Origin: Malacoraja senta
Lineage: Eukaryota
Assembly: GCA_038087875.1 (NCBI GenBank)
Contig: JAXLNO010005195.1
Coordinates: 1 to 64,000, forward strand
Direction of reading: 5' to 3'
DNA length: 64,000 nt
Position 1 is the stretch's first letter. Every line of letters begins with the position of its first letter. The position numbers were made by a program, and so were the translations under genes. The notes under the pieces were generated by a model, which worked only from the letters and a program-made list of their open reading frames with translations, was not told the origin of the DNA and made no database searches. This document shows positions 13,001 through 24,550 of this stretch, one piece after another.

Positions 13001-16000
13001 CAAGGACACCCAGGTCTCGCTGTACCTCCCCCTTACCTAACCTAACCCCATTGAGATAATAATCTGCTCCCTTGTTTTTGTGGATAACCTCACATTTATC
13101 TATAATGTACTGCATCTGCCACGCATCTGCCCACCCACTCAACCTGTCCTGGTCACCCTGCAACCTCCTAACATCCTCTTCACAGTCCACACTGCCACCC
13201 AGCTTTGTGTCATCCGCAAACTTGCTAGTGATGCTCCTAATTCCCTCTTCCAAATCATTAATATATATGGTAAACAGTTGCGGCCCCAACACCGAGCCTT
13301 GCGGCACTCCACTCGCCACTGCCTGCCATTCTGTAAAGGAACCGTTCACTCCTACTCTTTGCTTCCGGTCTTTCAACCAATTTTCGATCTATGTCAACAC
13401 CCTACCCCCAATACCATGTGCTCTAATTTTAGGCACCAGTCTCCTGTGCGCGACCTTATCCAAGGCTTTCTGAAAGTCTAGATACAGTACATCCACTGGC
13501 ACCCCTTCATTCATTTTACTTGTCACATCCTCAATAAATTCCAGAAGATTAGTCAAGCATGATTTCCCTTTCATAAATCCATGTTTACTTGGACTAATCC
13601 TTTTACCGCTATCCAAATGCCCCATTATTACCTCTTTAATAATTGACTCCAGCATCTTTCCCACCACCGAAGTCAGGCTAACTGGTCTATAATTCCCCGT
13701 TTTCTCTCTCGCTCCTTTCTTGAAAAGTGGGATAACATTAGCAATCCTCCAATCCACAGGAACTGATCCTGAATCTATTGAACATTGGAAAATGATCACC
13801 AATGCGTCCACTATTGCTAGAGCCACCTCCCTGAGGACCCTGGGATGCAGACCATCAGGCCCAGGGGATTTATCATCCTTCAGTCCCATTAGCCTACCCA
13901 ATACTATTTCTCGCCTAATGAAAATTTCTTTCAGTTCCGCTACCCTCTTAGATCCTCTGTCATCCAGTACATATGAGAGATTGTTTGCGTCTTCCTTAGT
14001 GAAGACAGATTCGAAGTACCTATTCAACTCTTCTGCCATTTACTTGTTGCCCATAATAATATCACCGTGTCTGCCTTCAAGAGACCCACATTTGACTTTG
14101 CTACTCTTTTTCCCTTAACATATCTAAAGAAGCTTTTACTGTCCTTCTTTATATTCCTGGCTAGCTTCCCCTCGTACTTCATCCTTTCAGCCCGTATTGC
14201 CCGTTTTGTTTCCTTATGTTGTCCTTTGAAAGTTTCCCAATGCTCTGGCTTCCGGCCACTCTTTGCAGTGTTATACATCTTTTCTTTTAGTTTTATTCTA
14301 TACCTAACTTCTCGTGACAGCCACGGTTGCCTCCTACTTCCCTTAAAATATTTCTTCCTTTTTGGAATGAAATGATCCTGCGTCTCCCGGATTATGCCCA
14401 GAAATTCCTGCCATTGCTGTTCCACCGTCATACCTGCTAGGATCCCTTTCCAGTCTACTTTGGCCAGCTCCCCTCTCATGCCTTCATAGTCCCCTTTGTT
14501 CAACTGCATCACTGCCACTTCCGATTTAACGTTCCCCTTCTCAAATTGCAGATTAAAACGAATCATATTATGATCACTACCTCCAAGCGGTTCCTTTACC
14601 TCGAGTTCTCTTATCATATCTGGTTCATTGGACAACACTAAATCCAGAATTGCAATGGAATGAGTATGTGGAATTCTCTGGATATTTTCAAGAGAGAGTT
14701 AGATAGGGCTCTTAAAGTTAGCGGAGTCAGGGGATATGGGGAGAAGGCAGGAACGGGGTACTGATTGGGGATGATCAGCCATGATCACATTGAATGGCGG
14801 TTCTGGCTCGAAGGGCCGAAGGGCCGAAGGGCCTACTCCTGCACCTATTGTATATTGTCTATTGTCTATTGTCTATTGTCTATTGTCCATCCTATCAATT
14901 TCCCTCGTGATTTTATACGCCTTTATAAGGTCACCCCCTATCCTAATGCACTAAAGTCCTAGCCGGTCAAACATCTCCAGACGGTCCTCACGTCCAGGCA
15001 ACGCCTTTGTAAGTCTTCAGTGCGCCCTCTCCAGCTTCATGTCATCTTTTCCTATAGCAACGTGACTAAACCTGAACCCGTTATTCCAAATGCACACGGG
15101 CAATCATGTTGTACGCTGTAACATAACGTCCCAGGTCAATACTCTATTTCCCTGACTGAAGAAGGCCAGTATGCCAACAATCTTCTTCACCGCCTGCCTG
15201 CCTTCTCCCCATATCCCTTGATTCCACGAGCCCCTAGTGCTCTATCTAACTCTCTCTTAAATCCATCCAGTGATTTGGCCTCCATTGCCCTCTGTGGCAG
15301 GGAATTCCAGTAATTCACAACTCTCTGGGTGAAAACGTTTTTTCTCACCTCAGTCTTAAATGGCCTCCCTTTATTCTAAGACTGTGTCCCCTGGTTCTGT
15401 ACTCGCACAACATTGGGGACATTTTTCCTGCATCTAGCTTGTCCAGTCCTTTTATAATTGTATAAGATGCCCCCTCATCCTTCTAAACTCCAGTGAATAC
15501 AAGCCTAGTCTTTTCAATCTTTCCTCATATGACAGTTTTGATGACATCTTTCGGTAGGTAGCGATGCCGCTCGATAATTATCTGATGCTCTTTGAGATTC
15601 ACCGATCAAGCAGCCTACCTGATCACAACTCGAGGCGTAAAACAAGAATTAGGCGGCGGGACCTCATTGAACCGTAGAGAATAGTGAAAGACTTGGATAG
15701 AGTGGATGTGGAGAGTATGTTTCCACGAGGGGTGAGTCTTGGACCACAGGCCAGCATGTGGAGATGGTGTGTCCACCAGAGCCCAGCCTGTGAATGCGGA
15801 GCAGAACAACAGACAGCCAACCATGTCATCTCTGGGTGCCCGCTCTACCACCCACCAAATGAGCTCAGGGCCTGGCAGACATTGACACAGAGACAACAAC
15901 CTGGCTGCTCAACAGCCGGCTTGAGATCTAACTATTCCTTTGGTTTGTGTTTCATTCCCAAGAGGAAGGACTAGAGGTCATGCCCTCAGAATTAAAGGAC

Positions 16001-19000
16001 GTTCCTTTAAGAAGGAGCTGGGGAGAAATTGCTTTAGTCAGAGGGTGGTGAGTCTGTGGAATTCTTTACCACAGAAGGCTGTGGAGCCCAAGTCAATAGA
16101 TATTTTTAAGGCAGGGATAGATAGATTCTTGATTAGTACGGGTGTCAGAGGTTATGGGGAGAAGGCAGGAGAATGGGGTTACTGGGGAGAGACAGATCAG
16201 CCATGATTGAATGACAGAGTAGATTTCATGGGCTGAATTGCCTAATTCTGCTCATATCACGTACGACCTTATAACCTGATGTAAAACAAAAGATAAGAAT
16301 CTCTGCTTCTGCTATTTCTGACTCGCTCCGCTTTCTCCAAAATGTGTGTCTCTCTGCGTTTAACTGCAGGCCTCGTTCGGGCTGACGACACCCTGTACAT
16401 CTCCCCCATCTCAATGACCCGCCGTGAGAATGAAACTGTGACGCTGGACTGCTTCACATCCAGGAATCTAGATGACCACTTCTTCATCTGGGGCTCGGCG
16501 AAGCCCACTGACCAGCTCATCTCCTGGATCCTGTACTGGACCCCGGGCTCAGCGGGGTCGCTGTACTCGGTGCCGGGCACGGACCGGTTCAGCGGTTCCA
16601 AGGACTGGGCCAGCAAGCGGTTCTCTCTCACCATTAAGGACCTGCAGCGAGAGGACTCGGCCAGGTACTACTGTGGCAGCTCCAACACCTACTTCCCCTA
16701 CAGCACCGATTGGAGCGGATGCGGAGTTACCCTCACTGTCAACGCTGGTAGGTTGCGTCCTCGCCTTTTTGGTTTGTTGGCCCTTTTACCCTAGTTTGCC
16801 GCCGCTGTGCAGTTTCGAGGGAGTGTGTGTAGGATAGAACGAGTGATCGGGTGATACAGTGTGGAATCAGTTACTTAGGCCCAACATGCCCACATCGGCC
16901 AACATGTGGCTAAAGGGACCAGGGGGTATGGAGAGAAGGCAGGTACAGGACACTGAGTTGGATGATCAGCAATGATCATATTGAATGGCGGTGCAGGCTC
17001 GAAGGGCCGAATGGCCTAATCCTCAACCTATTTTCTATGTTTCTATGTTTCAATGTCCCTACTACACTACTCCCACCTGCCAAGGTTTGGTCCAAATCAC
17101 AGGTCCTATCCATAAACCTGTCTAACTGTTTCTTAAATGTTAGACAATAGACACTAGACAATAGGTGCAGGAGTAGGCCATCTGGCCCTTCGAGCCAGCA
17201 CCGCCATTCAATGTGATCATGGCTGATCATCCCCAATCAGTACCATTCCTGCCTTTTCCCCATATCCCCTGACTCCGCTATTTTTAAGAGCCCTATCTAG
17301 CTCTCTCTTGAAAGCATCCAGAGAACCTGCCTCCACCGCCCTCTGAGGCAGAGAATTCCACAGACTCACCACTCTCTGTGAGAAAAAAGTGTTTCCTCGT
17401 CTCCGTTCTAAATGGCTTACTCCTTATTCTTAAACTGTGGCCCCTGGTTCTGGACTCCCCCAACATCGGGTACATGTTTCCTGCTTCTAGCGTGTCCAAG
17501 CCCTTAACAATCTTAACAATGTTGGGATAGTCCCTGCCTCAACTCCATCCTCTCGCAACTTGTTCCATACACCCACCATCCGTTGTGTGAAAGGGTTACC
17601 CCTCATCCTCCTGCGCTCCAAGCAATATAGTCCCAGCCTACTCAACCTCTCCCTATAGCTCAGACCCTCCAGCCATGGCAACATCCTCGCAAATCTTTTC
17701 TGTACCTTTTCCTGCTTGACAACATATTTCCTAACACGTCGTGCCCGGACCGGAATACAATACTCGAATGGCCTAGTGGGCTGGTCGGCGCGGACTGGGT
17801 GGGCCGAGGGGCCTGTTTCCACGCTGAATCTCTAAAACAAAAACACAAAAACTATATCAGCTGATAGACACAAAACGCTGGAGTAACTCAGTGGCTGGGT
17901 CAGACTCTGGAGAAAAGGAATAGGTGACATTTTGGGTCAAGAGTCGAGTCAAGAGTCAAGAGAGTTTGATTGTCATAAGTCCTAGATAGAACAATGACAT
18001 TTTGTCCCTCTTTCACAACCTAATTCACGACCTCTGCCGAGTTTTTCCTTAACTCATACTCGCAGCATGGTCGTCACGAGGTCGTTGGAGGTCGTGGGTA
18101 GGTCGTAATGCTGGTCGTAGGTACTAGTGGCATCAGGTAGGTCGGGCGTTTTTCTAACTTGATGAAAAATGTCCGCGAGTAAAAAAGGTCGTGATTTAGG
18201 TCGTGAAAGTGGGACAGGCCCTTAAGAGACCCACGACCAAAAACGTCACCTGTTCCTTCTCTCCAGAGATGCTGTCTGACCCGCTGCGTTACTCCAGCCT
18301 TTTGTGTCTATCTTCGGGAAATACGCCAATAGTCTATTTTGGTCTTCTTTGGGATATGGTCCTGAACATTCTTCAAGTCGAATTTATTTGTCACATACAC
18401 ATACAAGATGTGCAGTGAAATGAAAGTGGCAATGCCTGCGGATTGTGCAAAAAGCTACAGAACAAAACAGAACAAAACAGAACCAGTATTTACATTTAAC
18501 AAAAAGACACAACAGTATTTACACCCTGGTGAGATCAGAGTTTACAGTCCTGATGGCCTGTGGGAAGAAACTCCGTCTCATCCTCTCTGTTTTTGCAGCA
18601 TGACAGCGGAGGCGTTTGCCTGACCGTAGCAGCTGGAACAGCCCGTTGCTGGGGGGGGGGGTAGGGGTCCCCCATAATGTTGCTGGCTCTGGATCTGCAC
18701 CTCATGGTGTATAGGTCCTGCAGGGGGGTGAGTGTAGTTCCCATAGTGTGTCCGGCCGAACGCACTACTCTCTGCAGAGCCTTCCTGTCCTGGGCAGAGC
18801 TGTTCCCAAACCAGATCGAGCTGTTACCGGACAAGATGCTTTCTACAGCCCCAGAGTAGAAGGACTGAAGGATCCTCGGAGAGACTGAATTTCCTCGGCT
18901 GCCTGAGGTGGTAAAGGCGCTGCGTTGCCTTGCAGTTGTATAGGGCTCTGGTGAGACCACATCCGGAGTATTGCGTAGTTTTGGTCTCCTAATTTGAGGA

Positions 19001-22000
19001 AGGACATCCTTGTGATTGAGGCAGTGCAGCGTAGGTTCACTGGATTGATCCCTGGGATGGCGGGACTGTCATATGAAGATTGAAAAGACCAGGCTTGTAT
19101 TCACTGGAGTTGAGAAGGATGAGGGGGCATCTTATAGAAACATACAAAATTATAAAAGGACTGGACAAGCTAGATGCAGGAAAAATGTTCCCAATGTTGG
19201 GCGAGTCCAGAACCAGGGGCCACAGTCTTAGAATAAAGGGGAGGCCATTTAAGACTGAGGTGAGAAAAAACGTTTTCACCCAGAGAGTTGTGAATTTGTG
19301 GAATTCCCTGCCACAGAGGGCAGTGGAGGTCAAATCACTGGATGGATTTAAGAGAGAGTTAGATAGAGCTCTAGGGGCTAGTGAAATCAAGGGATATGTG
19401 GAGAAGGCAGGCACGGGTTATTGATAGGGGACGATCAGCCATGATTGCAATGAATGGCGGTGCTGGCTCGAAGGGCCGAATGGCGTCCTCCTGCACCTAT
19501 TTTCTATGTTTCTATGTTTCTCACCAGTGCGGCAGTGTTGACAAATTCTGGGACAGCAGTGGCATATTTATCTAGGTCAGCCGCAGTCTATCTTTGGTTC
19601 AAACGAGCATCTGCAGTTCCTACCAACACAACTAAAACGGCGGATGCGTTAACATGGGTCTTTCATTCCAGCACCACCCCAGTCGCAACCGCTGGTTCAC
19701 TTCCACCACCCAAGCCCCGAGGACGTTCTTCAGCAGCGGGAGATTGCCTTGCTCTGCGTAGCCGAGGACTTTTACCCCGAGGCCATCTCCATTACCTGGT
19801 CGATAGACGGGCAGGAGGTGAGCGCGGGTGTCTCGCATTCAGAGTCCCTGTTGGGGCCCAACTCCACCTACACCAAGATCAGCAGTTGTCCACCGCCACA
19901 TCTCACTGGATCAAGGGCTCCGTCTACAGTTGCCATGTGGCCCATGAAACTCTCGATTCGCCCATCTCCAAACACGTCAGCAATGCTGGTAAGCTCATGT
20001 TCATACGTTCTAGGACCAGAATTAGGCCATTCGGCCCATCGAGTCCACTCTGCCATTCAATCATGGCTTATCTATCTCTCCCTCTCAACCCCCATCCTCC
20101 TGCCTTCTCCCCACAACCCCTTACACCAGAACTAATCAAGAATTAATCTATCTCAATAGACAATAGACAATAGGTGCAGGAGTAGGCCATTCGGCCCTTC
20201 GAGCCAGCACCGCCATTCAATGGGATCATGGCTGATCATCCCCAATCAGTACCCCGTCCCTGCCTTCTTCCCATATCCCCTGACTCCGCTATCTTTAAGA
20301 GCCCTATCTAGCTCTCTCTTGAAAATATCCTGAGAACCGCCTCCACCGCCCTCCGAGGTAGACAATTCCACACACACAACGCTCAGCCTTATAAATATCC
20401 ATTGAAAGTCTCCACAGCCTTCTGTGGCAGCGATTTCCACGTTCACCGTCCTCTGACTAAGGAAATTCCTCCTCATCTGCTTACTAAATGGTATATCCTT
20501 TTATTCTGAGGCTGTGGCTCCCAGTCCGAGACTCTCCCAATGGTGGAAACATCCTCCCCATATCCATTCTCTCCAGGCCGTTCGCGATGCGGTAAGTTTC
20601 AATGTTTTCTCTCATCCTTCTGAACTCCAGAGAGTAGAGACCCATCGGCCCTTTGGCACAATTTCGCCGACCAACATATCCTCAGGCACACTCGTCCCAC
20701 CTGCCCGCTCTTGGCCCATAGCCCGCTAAATCTATCCTATCCATAGAAACATAGAACATAGAAACATACAAACATACAAATATACAAAAACGTAGAAGTT
20801 AGGTGCAGGAGGAGGCCATTCGGCCCTTCGAGCCTCCACTGCCATTCATTGTGATCATGGCTGATCGTCCCCAATCAATAACCCGTGCCTGCCTTCTCCC
20901 CATATCCCTTGATTCGATTAGCCTCTAGAGCTCTATCTAACTCTCTCTTAAATCCATCCAGTGATTTGGCCTCCACTGCCCTCTGTGACAGGGAATTCCA
21001 CAAATTCACAACTCCCTGGGTGAAAACGTTTTTTCTCACCTCAATCTTAAATGGCCTCCCTTTATTCTAAGACTGTGGCCCCTGGTTCTGGACTCGCCCA
21101 ACATTGAGTACATTTTTCCTGCATCTAGCCTGTCCAGTCCTTTGATAATTGTATATGTTTCTATAAGATCCCTCCGCATCCTTCTAAACTCCAGTGAATA
21201 CAAGCCTAGTCTTTTCATCTTTCCTCATATGACTGTCCCGCCATCCCAAGGATCAATCTCGTGAACCTACGCTGCACTGCCTCAATCCCAAGGATGTCCT
21301 TCCTCAAATTAGAAGACCAAAACTGTACACAATACTCCAGATGTGGTCTCACCAGAGCCCGATACAACTGCAGAAGAACCTCTTTACTCCACGTACCAGT
21401 CTACTGTAAATGTTTTTCGAACGTTACGATAGCACCGCCTATGTAATCCAATGTGATTGTGTTTTCCACAGGGCAGTACCCCAAGGTGCCCGCGGTTTAC
21501 GTTTTGCCAGCGAGCCGCGGGGAAATGGATGTGAAGGAGACCACCATTTCTTGCCTGGCATCCGGGTATTACCCCGGTGAAATCACCTTCCGCTGGTCTG
21601 TCAACGGAGATCCGGTGGTCAATGGAGCCAAAAGTTACGAGCCCATTCGGAACGACAACGGCACCTACAGCGCCCGAAGCGAATTGGTGACGTCCACGGA
21701 CATGTGGAACCTGGGTAGCATCTACACCTGCAAGGTCCAACATGTTTCGGTGCCAGACGAGGTGGTCAGAAGCATTAATAAGACACGGGGTAGGAAGCCT
21801 CGTCGTTTCTCCCCTCCCGCGCCATCCCGTTGTTCGCGCCGTGAAAANNNNNNNNNNNNNNNNNNNNNNNNNNNNNNNNNNNNNNNNNNNNNNNNNNNNN
21901 NNNNNNNNNNNNNNNNNNNNNNNNNNNNNNNNNNNNNNNNNNNNNNNNNNNNNNNNNNNNNNNNNNNNNNNNNNNNNNNNNNNNNNNNNNNNNNNNNNNN

Positions 22001-22741
22001 NNNNNNNNNNNNNNNNNNNNNNNNNNNNNNNNNNNNNNNNNNNNNNNNNNNNNNNNNNNNNNNNNNCCAAAAAAGAATAATAACATCCCTACTTGCAGCA
22101 GCTGTAAGCATCATGGTAAATACAACAATGTTCAGTATATATACATCTGTAAACACACCTATACATATCATTATTTTGCACTGCTATTGTCTGATCCTTC
22201 TGAACTCCAGAGTATACAAGCCCAGCCGCTCCATTCTCTCAGCATATGACAGTCCGGCCATCCCGGGAATTAACCTGGTGAACTTCAATAGCAAGAACTC
22301 CCTCGATAACAAGAATGTCCTTCCTCACATTCGGGGACCAAAACTGCACACAATAAAACACTCTTCATGTCTCTAACCTCCAATGGTTTGATTAGTTTTA
22401 TTTCCTGTCTCCTGCCAGTCCTGGTCTTTCGCCAGCCGACTATCACCCCAATCAGACTTCCGTCTGACAACTCGGTGCAAGCGCAGACGGTGACTCTAGC
22501 CTGCTACATATCGGGATTCTACCCGCCCGACATCTACGTGACCTGGAAAACCGAGAGGGGCGTGCAGGAGCTGGACTGGGTCACCAACTTCCCGGTGGTG
22601 GCGGACGCCAGCGGGTCCTACAGTACCGCCAGCCAAATGACCATCCCCATGTCCGATGTCGACCGCTCGCTCACCTACGTGTGCATGGTGGCTCACGACT
22701 CCATCTCCTTTCCCATCGAGGAGTGGTTTCAGATCAGGTAA
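10026..22741 (+). CDS. UrIg: Non-rearranging Ig-like gene, L-VJ-C1-C1-C1 with no TM exon seen (UrIg-like); join(10026..10062,16370..16747,19672..19988,21472..21789,22419..22741), with a 1-bp frameshift in exon 3
   Basis: All introns GT-AG and phase 1, one Ig domain per exon; 457 aa when one base is restored. Symbol assigned from architecture and context (secreted V + 3 C1-set, no RSS), not from a sequence search. Confidence 0.7.
10290..11070 (-). mobile_element. CR1 3' fragment in Ig-like intron 1
   Basis: ORF 10491-11087 DYYLNGVKLG..RDLGV..LEYCVRFWSP. Confidence 0.9.
11545..12296 (+). mobile_element. CR1 RT C-terminal fragment
   Basis: [36 protein letters not shown]. Confidence 0.9.
12296..14660 (-). 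mobile_element. 5'-truncated CR1 LINE (end of endonuclease, RT, 3' tail), ORF2 broken
   Basis: LGGSDHN, KSPGPDG, GNYRPVSLTS, YLDFQKA, SGVPQGSVLGP, SKFADDTK; (tttctatg)n tail. Confidence 0.95.
15745..15967 (+). mobile_element. Vingi/Ingi-like LINE 3' end inserted in a CR1-like fragment
   Basis: SPACECGAEQQTANHVISGCP (CCHC knuckle), then after a frameshift GLADIDTETTTWLLNSRLEI*; short purine-rich tail. Confidence 0.6.
16370..16747 (+). CDS. Ig-like gene exon 2: V-set domain with G strand (J-like) in the same exon
   Basis: Acceptor ctgcag|G, donor G|GTAGGT, 378 bp. B-strand Cys 16450, C-strand Trp 16489, RFSGS, L-x-I-x-x-L-x-x-EDSARYYC (Cys 16672), then WSGCGVTLTV. Confidence 0.95.
18003..18222. 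mobile_element. Harbinger-type MITE (left end eroded)
   Basis: Right end GTGGGACAGGCCCT then TAA; inverted subterminal ttcacgacctaa. Confidence 0.65.
18373..18929 (-). mobile_element. Rex1/Babar LINE 3' fragment
   Basis: ILQSFYSGAVESILS..WFGNSSAQDRKALQRVVRSA (DUF1891-type C-terminus). Confidence 0.8.
18930..19520 (+). mobile_element. CR1 3' fragment immediately upstream of Ig-like exon 3
   Basis: GLYSLELRRMRGHLIETYK..GYVEKAGTGY; ttctatg tail. Confidence 0.9.
19672..19988 (+). CDS. Ig-like gene exon 3: C1-set domain 1 (frameshifted at 19886-19887)
   Basis: Acceptor ttccag|, donor G|GTAAGC. LLCVAEDFYPEAISITW in one frame, HWIKGSVYSCHVAHETL in the -1 frame. 317 bp; a phase-1/phase-1 exon needs a multiple of 3 (318). 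Confidence 0.9.
20760..21385 (-). mobile_element. CR1 3' fragment in Ig-like intron 3
   Basis: CR1 C-terminal coding remnant and (catagaaa)n tail. Confidence 0.85.
21472..21789 (+). CDS. Ig-like gene exon 4: C1-set domain 2
   Basis: Acceptor ccacag|, donor G|GTAGGA, 318 bp. ISCLASGYYPGEITFRW, NGTYSARSEL, WNLGSIYTCKVQH. Confidence 0.95.
21848..22066. other. Assembly gap (219 N) in Ig-like intron 4
   Basis: Run of N. Confidence 1.
22419..22741 (+). CDS. Ig-like gene exon 5: C1-set domain 3, ending FQIR-TAA (or spliced at AG|GTAAAG)
   Basis: Acceptor tgccag|. TLACYISGFYPPDIYVTW, SGSYSTASQM, YVCMVAHDS; stop TAA at 22739-22741. Confidence 0.9.
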
Positions 22742-22809
22742 AGATCTCATGTTTTCAAATGTTCAAGAAAGAACTGCAGATGCTGGAAAAAATCATTAGG
22801 GCAGCATAT

Positions 22810-23400
22810 AACCATATAACCATATAACAATTACAGCACGGAAACAGGCCATCTCGGCCCTTCTAGTCCGTGTCGAACACTTACTCTTACCTAGTCCCAT
22901 CTACCTGCACTCAGACCATAACCCTCCATTCCTTTCCCGTCCATATACCTATCCAATTTATTTATAAATGATAAAATCGAACCTGCCTCCACCACTTCCA
23001 CTGGAAGCTCATTCCACACAGCTACCACTCTCTGAATAAAGAAGTTCCCCCCTCATGTTACCCCTAAACTTTTGTCCCTTAATTCTCAAATCATGTCCTC
23101 TTGTTTGAATCTTCCCTACTCTCAATGGAAAAAAGCTTATCCACGTCAACTCTGTCTATCCCTCTCATCATTTTAAAGACCTCTATCAAGTCCCCCCTTA
23201 ACCTTCTGCGCTCCAAAGAATAAAGACCTATCCTGTTCAACCTTTCTCTGTAACTTAGGTGCTGAAACCCAGGCAACCTTCTAGTAAATCTCCTCTGTAC
23301 TCTCTCTATTTTGTTGATATCTTGCCTATAATTTGGCGACCAAAATTGTACACCATACTCCAGAATTGGCCTCACCAATGCCTTGTACAATTTTAACATT
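22810..23400 (-). mobile_element. CR1 subfamily with (ATATAACC)n tail
   Basis: LYKALVRPILEYGVQFWSPNYR; near-identical copies at ~30170-30785 (-) and ~49855-50680 (+). Confidence 0.9.
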
Positions 23401-23419
23401 ACATCCCACGTATCTAAAC

Positions 23420-24240
23420 GTTTAAGAAGGAACTGCAGATGTTGGAAAATCGAAGGTAGACAAAAATGCTGGAGAAACTCAGCGGGTGAGGCAGCACCGA
23501 TGGAGCGAAGGAAATGGGCAACGTTTCCGGTCGAAACCCTTCTTCAGACTGATGTGAGGCTGGGGGGGGGGGGCGGGGGTGGGAAGAAGAAAGGAAGAGG
23601 CGGAAACAGTGGGCTGAGGGAGAGCTGAGAAGTGGAGGAGAAAGCAGGGACTACCTGAAATTAGACAAGTCCATGTTCATACCGCTGGGGTGCAAACTAC
23701 CCAAGCGAAATATGAGGTGCTGCTCCTCCAATTTACGGTGGGCCTCACTCTGGACATGGAGGAGGCCCAGGACAGAAAGGTGGGATTCGGAATGGGAGGG
23801 GGAGTTGAAGTGCTGAGCCACCGGGAGATCAGGTTGGTTATTGCGAACCGAGCGGAGGTGTTCGGCGAAGCGATCGCCAAGCCTGCGCTTGGTCTCACCG
23901 ATGTAGAGCAGCTGACACCTAGAGCAGCGGATGCAATAGATGAGGTTGGAGGAGGTGCAGGTGAACCTCTGCCGCACCTGCAAAGTCTGCTTGGGTCCTT
24001 GAATGGAGTCAAGGGGGGAGGTAAAGCGACAAGTGTAGCATTTCTTGCGGTTGCAAGGGAAAGTGCCAGGAGAGGGGGTGGTACGGGTGGGAAGGGACGA
24101 ATTTACTAGGAAGTTATGGAGGGAGCGGCCTCTGCGGAAAGCAGACAGGGAGGAGATGGGAAGATGTGGCAAGTGGTGGGGTCACACGTTGGAGGTGGCG
24201 AAAATGACGGAGGATTATTTGTTGTACGTGACGGCTGGTA
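23420..24240 (-). mobile_element. Penelope-like element, GIY-YIG endonuclease and pLTR
   Basis: CNRKKCYTC..FTCTSSNLIYCIRCSRCQLLYIGETKRRLGDRFAEH..KLEEQHLIFRLG..GMN. Confidence 0.92.
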
Positions 24241-24550
24241 GGGTGTAAAAAATGGTAACTGGTAATATCAGGACATAGGAAACAATACTCCGGGGGTGCG
24301 GGTGGGGGCGAGGGGGTGGGGGGGGGGGTGTGGTGGATGGGCCTATCGTGCCGCCCAACCGTTCAACGCGATCAAGACTTTTTCCTTCACTCAGTTTCCC
24401 CGGCTGAACCCAATTGAGCATGAATTTAACCCCACAAATCATATATCCATCGCAGCTATGAATATATCCACAGCCCTCTACCGTACAGGATTCCAATCAT
24501 TTGCAATCTTCTGAAAGTACAAGCCCTGTCAATGGTGCAAGTAGAAAATG

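Noticed and set aside
12390-14638. CR1-derived long ORFs as host genes (also 60698-62764, 38902-40498)
   Set aside because: Broken LINE ORF2 with stops and frameshifts; no sign of domestication.
16730-16870. RSS-like heptamers near the V exon (cactgtc at the LTV codons; tacagtg ~16856)
   Set aside because: The first is coding sequence; the second lacks the essential CAC. No nonamer at 12/23 spacing, and nothing RSS-like follows the YYC.
16370-22741. Identity as IgNAR, IgW/IgM, TCR, tapasin or SIRP
   Set aside because: The V retains a full C'-C'' region (unlike IgNAR); there are no D/J segments or light-chain Cys; three C1 domains with no visible TM fits neither TCR, tapasin nor classical SIRP. 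Not excluded without a database search.
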